Source: an uncultured virus (IMG/VR IMGVR_UViG_3300042446_000574)
Lineage: Duplodnaviria > Heunggongvirae > Uroviricota > Caudoviricetes
DNA: 64,000 nt
IMG/VR virus record: IMGVR_UViG_3300042446_000574
Reading direction: 5' to 3' (one strand)
In this document: one piece after another, positions 57,715-64,000 of the stretch
How positions within the stretch are numbered: the first letter of the stretch is position 1
Layout: each line of letters starts with the position of its first letter
Position numbers and translations under genes: made by a program
Notes under the pieces: model-generated
What the model was told of the DNA's origin: nothing
The model's input: only the letters and a program-made list of their open reading frames with translations
Databases searched by the model: none

Positions 57715-57938
57715 ATATTTTCTATTTCGTGTTCAACTTCTTCCCACCAATAATATTCAGCTTCGCTGCCAGGTACCATAATTCTCCACTTTTGTTTCAA
57801 GACCTCCCGTACCGCATACAAGGCGCTTTGCTTTGCAAGGATGGAGACAAGGATCTCTTGCCCAAGTTCGCCTCCGATGCTTTGAATAAGGTTGTGATAA
57901 TGGGTAAATAATTCGTCTGCTTTTTCTTTCGGGGTCAT
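57711..57938 (-). CDS. MTPKEKAEEL-family mini-protein (B)
   Basis: Homolog of 16295-16522. Confidence 0.75.
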   Translation of the reverse strand: MTPKEKADELFTHYHNLIQSIGGELGQEILVSILAKQSALYAVREVLKQKWRIMVPGSEAEYYWWEEVEHEIENI

Positions 57939-58153
57939 AATTTTTCAAGTTCTTGTTTAACTTCTTTCCAATAATTAATGGAAGGGGATGTGTCATGTGT
58001 AGCCGTTAAAAGATAATGGATTTTTATTAACTCATCCACGGCAACCAAGGCGCATTTTTTAGCATTATTTTTTTTCATGTTATCGCCTAAAAATGAGGTT
58101 ATTTCATTCCTGAACTTATCAATTAACTCCTCTGCTTTTTCTTTTGGTGTCAT
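57935..58153 (-). CDS. MTPKEKAEEL-family mini-protein (B)
   Basis: Homolog of 16519-16737. Confidence 0.75.
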   Translation of the reverse strand: MTPKEKAEELIDKFRNEITSFLGDNMKKNNAKKCALVAVDELIKIHYLLTATHDTSPSINYWKEVKQELEKL

Positions 58154-58160
58154 AGTTTTT

Positions 58161-59390
58161 TTAGTTGTGCGCAAGTGAATCCGAGCCTTGCATTAAACGA
58201 AGCGAGGCATAGCGAACTCCGTCAAGCCCGTGCTGATGCATATCCATTGGCGTTGAAGATTTCTTGTCATTCCAAATATAATTCCTTAATTCAAACTTTA
58301 AATTATACGATTCCTCAGTAACCACAATGGTAAAATCAAGCATTCGTTTTATTCCGTCAACCACGCTGCCAGCGTACTTTTCCGTCTTATGTACATTGAT
58401 ACCATTTGAGATAAGCGCGTCAATCAAACGTGGTTCGCTCGTGTCCGCAACAATCATGGCATCGGTTTCAACCTCATTCCTAATCTTTGTTACAACCATG
58501 TCATACGAAAGGCTTTGTTCGTAAATGATTTCCTTCACATAAATCTTATTTGCCGTGTTATCAACCGCAACTTTGACAAGTGCCAAGGGGTCTGGATAAA
58601 ATCCGAAGTCAAGCCCGTAGGCAAAAGGTAGGCTTGTATCAAATTCGCCCTCCACCCAGTTTGGAAATATTACGCCCTGTTTCTTATCCAGCCACTTCCC
58701 TAAAAACCTGTGCGCGTATGCCTCAGGTGACTTGCTTTTAATTGCCTCAATCTTTGCAATGTAATCCTTGCTTATGTTATGGTAATTATCAAGGTACGTG
58801 GTATGAATGTGGGTTATATCTGGGTGCGTACTTATCGGGATCGAATGCCCATCAATCGTCTCCATGCGATGCGACTTTTCAAACCACCTCTTCCAAATCC
58901 AATGCTCCACGTCTTGCGGGTTCATGACAAGGATAACAAGGTTAGGAGTATCAGGCATACGAATGGATTCGTCAATGGTATCGAAGTCCTTTTCGCTTAC
59001 AAATTCCTCAGCCTCATCGACAATGAAAACATTTAACCCGGGTATCGACTTTAACTTTGCCGTTTGATTTCCTGAACTTGTTTTAATACCGGAAAAGATT
59101 ATTTCACTCTTTGTCACCTTGTGACCAATTTGCGTGTTGGTCATATTGAACTCGTCACCAACGCCAAGCAAATCAATCTTTTCACGGAACTCAGGAATCA
59201 CGGAAATATTTGCACTTGATAACGTGTAACGGGTAAACAACACCTTCCAATTCTTGTAAGCAAGTAACATATTGCAAGCCCAAAGCCCCACGGTGAATGA
59301 CTTTGCCGAACCACGCCCACCAGTGATGAGGAAGTAACGCGTCTGCGGTTGCCAAAGGGCTTGATATTTGTTACTAACTTTTATCTCCAT
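58161..59390 (-). CDS. terL: Terminase large subunit (B)
   Basis: Walker A/B and nuclease motifs as in A. Confidence 0.93.
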   Translation of the reverse strand: MEIKVSNKYQALWQPQTRYFLITGGRGSAKSFTVGLWACNMLLAYKNWKVLFTRYTLSSANISVIPEFREKIDLLGVGDEFNMTNTQIGHKVTKSEIIFSGIKTSSGNQTAKLKSIPGLNVFIVDEAEEFVSEKDFDTIDESIRMPDTPNLVILVMNPQDVEHWIWKRWFEKSHRMETIDGHSIPISTHPDITHIHTTYLDNYHNISKDYIAKIEAIKSKSPEAYAHRFLGKWLDKKQGVIFPNWVEGEFDTSLPFAYGLDFGFYPDPLALVKVAVDNTANKIYVKEIIYEQSLSYDMVVTKIRNEVETDAMIVADTSEPRLIDALISNGINVHKTEKYAGSVVDGIKRMLDFTIVVTEESYNLKFELRNYIWNDKKSSTPMDMHQHGLDGVRYASLRLMQGSDSLAHN

Positions 59391-59614
59391 TTAAAAGCAT
59401 CCTTAATTTCTGTTTCTTCAAAAACGCCTTTTGCACCGTAAAGGACAAAGCCAACAATGAACAAAAGAAAGAGGCAAACATAACTTAATGGATTAAAAGG
59501 ATTCCAACGTCTTTTTTCAACCATATACATTTTATGATTTGGCAATTCTTTTGTAAATTGAATTACACTTAAAAACATTAAAATTTTTCTAATATTAAAC
59601 ATTATACTATACAT
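59381..59614 (-). CDS. Small membrane protein inserted between terS and terL (B only)
   Basis: NPFNPLSY followed by a TM segment. Confidence 0.55.
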   Translation of the reverse strand: MYSIMFNIRKILMFLSVIQFTKELPNHKMYMVEKRRWNPFNPLSYVCLFLLFIVGFVLYGAKGVFEETEIKDAFKWR

Positions 59615-59918
59615 TATTTTCCTTTGTAAATATAATCGTTGGCACGGTCACCTTTTCCCCCTGTGTCGTGATGTCAATGTTTTGCTTGCTTTTCCCGTAT
59701 GCACGGTCAAGGAGCAACTGAGCCGCCTTGATGTCACCCTTTGCCGCCTGTTCACGAAGCTTCATGATAATAGCTTCGGCTGCCGTGATACCGTCCTTTT
59801 CCTGTCCCATGACATTTGCCATAATCAAGTCAAGGGCTGGGAGTTTCTTAGGGCGTCCGTTGGGGTTGCCTGTTTCTCCTTTTTTCCAACGTGGTTCAAT
59901 CTTTCCTCTTCCTCCCAT
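59607..59918 (-). CDS. terS: Terminase small subunit (B, different N-terminus)
   Basis: WKKGETGNPNGRPKK; start MGGRGK. Confidence 0.75.
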   Translation of the reverse strand: MGGRGKIEPRWKKGETGNPNGRPKKLPALDLIMANVMGQEKDGITAAEAIIMKLREQAAKGDIKAAQLLLDRAYGKSKQNIDITTQGEKVTVPTIIFTKENNV

Positions 59919-59925
59919 TTCGTTG

Positions 59926-60345
59926 TTATTTCGTTGTTTTGTATTCAAAAGATACTGTAATCCTATTTTCTGAACCAGATGAAATATTGCCAACATTTCT
60001 TTTTAAATCTCCTTTATTAGGTTTGCTTCTTCCAAAAGTTTTACAAATCCATTCTTTTTGTTTTTTCAAAGAATAAATTAAATTAGGTTGAGATGTTGAA
60101 ATACTAAATCTATGTTTTTCTTTATTGTAAACTTTTGCAATCTGATTTAAAATTGTACTTCCAATTCCTAAACCTTGATAATCAGGAAGAACAACAAGTC
60201 TATGAACCTTTTTCATATTTTTTAAAAAAGGATGCGGAAAATGTAAAACGCTAATAAATCCAGCTATTTCATTATTTACCATGCAGATAAAAACATTTGC
60301 TGCATTATTATGACTTGAACTTAAATAGTGATACTTACTAAACAT
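59926..60345 (-). CDS. GNAT-type acetyltransferase domain
   Basis: YHYL and RLVVLPDYQGLGIG acetyl-CoA-binding motif. Confidence 0.8.
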   Translation of the reverse strand: MFSKYHYLSSSHNNAANVFICMVNNEIAGFISVLHFPHPFLKNMKKVHRLVVLPDYQGLGIGSTILNQIAKVYNKEKHRFSISTSQPNLIYSLKKQKEWICKTFGRSKPNKGDLKRNVGNISSGSENRITVSFEYKTTK

Positions 60346-61010
60346 TTTCCATATTGATTTATCTGTTGCTTGAAATAATTCAAATTTAATGTCAGGTCTT
60401 TTTTTTTATCAGAATGCTTTATAAAAGTCATTGTGTCGGTGTTAAAAACCCAATCAGGCATCAACCATTCCTCTATATCAAAATGACATGATACCGCTAT
60501 AAACTTTTTATCTGTTTTCCTGATTGCTTTCTGAGTGGCAAATGACCCAATCTTTGCAATCTGTCTATCTACAACGCTCGTAAATTCATCGAATACAAAT
60601 AAATCATTCTTTTGCAATATCGCGTTGGCTAAATCCACCCTCATTTTTTCTCCATTACTCAAAACATGATAAGGTTTTAACCAACTTGGGGGCGTACTAA
60701 ATCCAACGCTACTAAAAGTGTTTGTGATTTCTTCGATGGAACAATCTTTAGGCATATCGTCTAATATGCTTTCGCTTTTATAATTAAAATTAGTAATATA
60801 ACTTTCTGGAAACAACTGTTTTGCAATCGTTGTTTTTCCTGTTCCACTTTTACCAACTATTAAACCAATTTGCCAATCATCATCAATATCAATACTACCT
60901 TTAAACCTTTCGGTTATATGGTTACTTTGTAAATCAAATCTTCCGATTACACTTGCAATGCGAAAAGATTCTTTTGGCTTGATTTCTTTTATAATGTCAA
61001 AAGTCGGCAT
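60321..61010 (-). CDS. ABC-type ATPase domain
   Basis: GKSGTGKT, LSNGEKMR and FDEFTSVVDR motifs. Confidence 0.85.
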   Translation of the reverse strand: MPTFDIIKEIKPKESFRIASVIGRFDLQSNHITERFKGSIDIDDDWQIGLIVGKSGTGKTTIAKQLFPESYITNFNYKSESILDDMPKDCSIEEITNTFSSVGFSTPPSWLKPYHVLSNGEKMRVDLANAILQKNDLFVFDEFTSVVDRQIAKIGSFATQKAIRKTDKKFIAVSCHFDIEEWLMPDWVFNTDTMTFIKHSDKKKDLTLNLNYFKQQINQYGKCLVSITI

Positions 61011-61501
61011 TCGTAGTTCTGTTCAATTAGTTTATTATAAGTTCTTTCTTGCTCTTGTTCATCTTTGCAAATAACTTCAATCTTAAACATTGATTTTATT
61101 TTATCAGATAAATCTTCCATTTCTTGCTTCTCCACCGTGTCAAACTGCGGTATATCCAAGCCCCATGCCTCCAAGTCCACAACCTCCCAATCGTTCGCAA
61201 GTGTGTCCCAATCCCATTCGCCAAAGGCGACGTTATCCGCAATAATAAACCGCTTCTTTTCCTCCTCGGTTAAATCGCTGCTTCGTTTTACCCATGCCTC
61301 GTCTATGTCATTAAATCCAAGTTCTTGTAAAACCCTGAGCCTCATGTTTCCACCAAGAACCACGTTGTTTTCATCAATGACCATAGGGCGAAGCGAAAGC
61401 ATTTTTGGAAACTCCTTGATACTTTGCTTTAGCTTTTGAAACTTGTCATCCCTGAGAACCCGTGGGTTGTTTGGGTTTGGTTTTATGTCTTTTAGCTTCA
61501 T
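60989..61501 (-). CDS. ParB/Srx-like domain protein (B, different C-terminus)
   Basis: First ~118 aa match A. Confidence 0.85.
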   Translation of the reverse strand: MKLKDIKPNPNNPRVLRDDKFQKLKQSIKEFPKMLSLRPMVIDENNVVLGGNMRLRVLQELGFNDIDEAWVKRSSDLTEEEKKRFIIADNVAFGEWDWDTLANDWEVVDLEAWGLDIPQFDTVEKQEMEDLSDKIKSMFKIEVICKDEQEQERTYNKLIEQNYECRLLTL

Positions 61502-61881
61502 ATTTTCTTCAGCAACTCTTTAATTAATCGCTTGTAAACCTTTGTTTCAATTTTCTTTTCCAACCGTCTTTGTGCGTTGATTGCAGCCGCCCTTTCTTTC
61601 CAACGTCTTTCGGCTTCTGGATCCCAATAAGCGCCTGAGGATTGTTCCTGATTAGCGTTAAACTCGGCGTTTGATTTATACAAATCTTTTGACGTGTTTT
61701 CTTTTTCGTTTGGGTCAAACGATAAATTATTATTTTCTTCTGCTGTTACCATAATGTTATTTGGATTATACGCCGTTACTTCAATGGTTTTAAATGTTAA
61801 GTCCACAACCTGAGCCGTCGGAGCAATTCCAGGAATTAATTTAAATTCATATAATGATTTTTCGTTTACATTTCCCATCAT
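61498..61881 (-). CDS. Hypothetical protein (B only)
   Basis: Sits between GT and ParB genes with ATGA overlaps. Confidence 0.55.
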   Translation of the reverse strand: MMGNVNEKSLYEFKLIPGIAPTAQVVDLTFKTIEVTAYNPNNIMVTAEENNNLSFDPNEKENTSKDLYKSNAEFNANQEQSSGAYWDPEAERRWKERAAAINAQRRLEKKIETKVYKRLIKELLKKI

Positions 61882-62882
61882 ATTCCTTTTAACACTTGTT
61901 TACGTTTGTTGTTGACGGTGAGCAAATTTCGCTCAGTCAAAAGCCATTTCCTGCCTGCCTGCAAATGATTAAAATAATTCCCATCCTTTTCCAAAGCCTT
62001 TTCAAATTGATAATACAAATCGTCTGAACCCTCGTACAACCGAACGCCTGGAACATTGAACTCCGTTATTTCCTTCGGTGCATAAGGCACGCAACCTGTG
62101 ACAAGCATTTCCATAGCAAAGTTATTCGACTTACTTTGATTGAAATTGTCATTTGTCAACGGAAACACGGCGTAATGAGCCGCACTGTTTTTGATTAACT
62201 CGAAATATTGAAATAAGGAATTGTTCCACGGTATGACCTTGACATTCGGATACAATGTTTTTCCCAACCACTCAGGGATTCCAATGAATGCCACCTCGGT
62301 GTCCTTGCGGCTGCTGACATAATGCCAAAACGTATCCACAGTTTTCAAGTCCTCAATGTGCGTCATGCTTCCACGCCACAACACGCGTTTTACTTTTGCC
62401 TCCAGCTTATCAGGTGACACGGGACAAAGGGGCGTTACTTGGAAGTCAATGGCATTGGGAATAACCATTATTTTACTTTCGTCAAAGAATTGCTTGTAAA
62501 ACTCTTTGAGGTATGGCGTTGAAACGATGATATAATCAGCGTACTTGAAAGCCTTTTCAACCGATTCTTTTACCTGAGGTTTCCCGAAGTGTGCCGACGC
62601 TGGATTCGCGGCGTTAACCTCATGCAAAAGATCGTCATGGTCAAGGATGATTTTCTTACCCATCTTCTTCGCCTCAGCAATCATTGATAACATGCCGTCA
62701 CCGTTTGGGCGTTGAAATAAGATAACATCAACGTCGTAAAAATCGTACCACTTTACCGTCTCAGGATTGAGGTAAGTAATATGAAGATTTACCATTTGAG
62801 AACGAAGCCGCATAAATGGATTGACCGACCGATAATAATCAGTCGTTGGGCTGGTTAAATTGGTTACAATGCCTAGCCTCAT
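61878..62882 (-). CDS. GT-B glycosyltransferase (B)
   Basis: Homolog of 19850-20854. Confidence 0.8.
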   Translation of the reverse strand: MRLGIVTNLTSPTTDYYRSVNPFMRLRSQMVNLHITYLNPETVKWYDFYDVDVILFQRPNGDGMLSMIAEAKKMGKKIILDHDDLLHEVNAANPASAHFGKPQVKESVEKAFKYADYIIVSTPYLKEFYKQFFDESKIMVIPNAIDFQVTPLCPVSPDKLEAKVKRVLWRGSMTHIEDLKTVDTFWHYVSSRKDTEVAFIGIPEWLGKTLYPNVKVIPWNNSLFQYFELIKNSAAHYAVFPLTNDNFNQSKSNNFAMEMLVTGCVPYAPKEITEFNVPGVRLYEGSDDLYYQFEKALEKDGNYFNHLQAGRKWLLTERNLLTVNNKRKQVLKGI

Positions 62883-63038
62883 TTATTATTCTTTTGGTAA
62901 TTATCCAATAAAAGGTTTAAAACCTCTTCCATCGAGTGCTTGACGTTGGTTTCCTTCCACAACTGAAATTGCAAATCAAGCAACTTCTTTCTTATTTTCT
63001 CATCCCGATAGCTTACCGAAAACACGGCGGCGGCTGTT

Positions 63039-63263
63039 TTATTGACATTCATTTTTTTGTTCTTTTAATCTGTAATAACGTTCCATTTGGTATTTATTTA
63101 CCCTCTCTTTGTTCGCTTGATACCACGCTTTATTCCTAATGCTTTTCTCGGCCTTTTTCTCAGGTGATTGATTCTGGTGATAAAGCCTAAAATATTCCCT
63201 TAGCTTTTGCTTCTGGTACTCGGTCATTTTCTCCCGATACTGCTTTTGATACTCAGGCGTCAT
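63039..63263 (-). CDS. Basic mini-protein (B)
   Basis: Homolog of 21011-21235. Confidence 0.6.
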   Translation of the reverse strand: MTPEYQKQYREKMTEYQKQKLREYFRLYHQNQSPEKKAEKSIRNKAWYQANKERVNKYQMERYYRLKEQKNECQ

Positions 63264-63265
63264 AA

Positions 63266-63643
63266 TTAAAATGGGAGTGATTCGTCTTTTACCGTTGTTT
63301 CATTTGTCATCTTCGGGTTATTTTCCCCAGCCGTTGCCTTGCCTCCAAACTCGATGTTGTTTACCATGCAACGAATTACGCCCGTCGGTTCTCCGTTCTT
63401 CATGTACGCATTCACGCCGCCCGTTCCTTCCACGACAACATAAGTACCTTTTAGCAAGTGAGGCGCAAGTTTGGAGCCACGCTCACCCCACATTGAACAG
63501 GTGACCCAAACCGTCTTTTCAGTTGGATTGTTTCCAAATGTCTTTTCCGTATGAGCTACCGAGAATGAACAAACGGTTGTATCGCCAACGGACTTGATTT
63601 CAGCATCTGTACCAATGCGACCTGCGACTATTAATTTTATCAT
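63266..63643 (-). CDS. ssb: Single-stranded DNA-binding protein (B)
   Basis: Homolog of 21236-21613. Confidence 0.92.
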   Translation of the reverse strand: MIKLIVAGRIGTDAEIKSVGDTTVCSFSVAHTEKTFGNNPTEKTVWVTCSMWGERGSKLAPHLLKGTYVVVEGTGGVNAYMKNGEPTGVIRCMVNNIEFGGKATAGENNPKMTNETTVKDESLPF

Positions 63644-63727
63644 TGTATTTTTTCTTTCTGCAAAGATAATATTTTATTTGTTATCAAATTTAAAATATTT
63701 TTTAAGAATATATTTGTAACTTTGTGG

Positions 63728-63796
63728 CGCAAGTTAGTTTAATGTTAAAATGTTTTGCGACGGCAAAAAGACGAAGATTAGATTCCTTCACTTGCA
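63728..63796 (+). ncRNA. tRNA-like RNA 1 (B)
   Basis: Near-identical to 21700-21768. Confidence 0.55.
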
Positions 63797-63801
63797 GGTT
63801 T

Positions 63802-63923
63802 AACAAGGTAGCTCAGTAGGTTAGAGCAACTGGCGACAACGGTTCGAGTCCGTTCCATACGAAAGTATGAGGTGTGTAGGGTGTCAAGCGAGTGTGCCGC
63901 GGGTTCGATTCCCGCCCTTGTAC
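63802..63923 (+). ncRNA. tRNA-like RNA in slot 2 (B) with an internal second T-loop hairpin and a GAAA hairpin
   Basis: ACAAGG/CCTTGT, GCTC-AGTAGGTTA-GAGC, AACGG-TTCGAGT-CCGTT, CATAC-GAAA-GTATG, GCGGG-TTCGATT-CCCGC. Confidence 0.75.
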
Positions 63924-64000
63924 TTACCACCCGAAGGTTGAGCAATGCTGGCACCGTGCGTTGATAAAGGGATGGAACGGTGTAAAAAGCAAGGTGGCGA

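Larger units (their letters stand above)
41224..64000. mobile_element. Second, diverged collinear phage genome (copy B), partial, matching copy A 1 to ~21930
   Basis: Same gene order, near-identical core proteins with many synonymous changes, several non-homologous replaced modules. Confidence 0.9.

Noticed and set aside
1..64000. Integrated prophage boundaries or stop-codon reassignment
   Set aside because: No integrase, att repeat or host genes are visible, and genes tile densely under the standard code.

Overview
The whole window is tailed dsDNA phage sequence with siphovirus-like genes. The host is inferred to be Bacteroidota, from TAnnTTTG promoter boxes, AT-rich starts without Shine-Dalgarno motifs and 'Q-rule' signal peptides. 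No host DNA, integrase, CRISPR array or reverse transcriptase is visible. One complete ~41.2 kb genome unit (position 1 recurs at 41224) runs head-to-tail into ~22.8 kb of a related but clearly different genome. The minus strand carries SSB, glycosyltransferases, ParB-like, terminase, tail, head, portal and lysis genes. The plus strand (21.7-35.9 kb) carries ncRNA, methyltransferase, replication and nucleotide-metabolism genes plus many small ORFs. Comparing the two copies exposes swappable modules: the adhesin tip, a putative DNA-modification cassette, the middle of the tape measure protein, a protease N-domain and mini-ORF arrays. The most unusual signals are non-coding or repeat-based. (1) A promoter-driven array of tRNA-shaped RNAs keeps acceptor, D and T arms but replaces the anticodon arm with variable structured inserts, and one slot is exchanged between the copies. 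(2) A three-hairpin leader occurs twice, before the DNA methyltransferase and the replication initiator, with a 7-bp loop-loop pairing into the terminator loop that covaries between the two leaders. (3) Repeat-bounded arrays of paralogous 'MTPKEKAEEL' mini-ORFs show gain and loss of units. All product calls come from motifs and synteny read by eye; no database searches were run.
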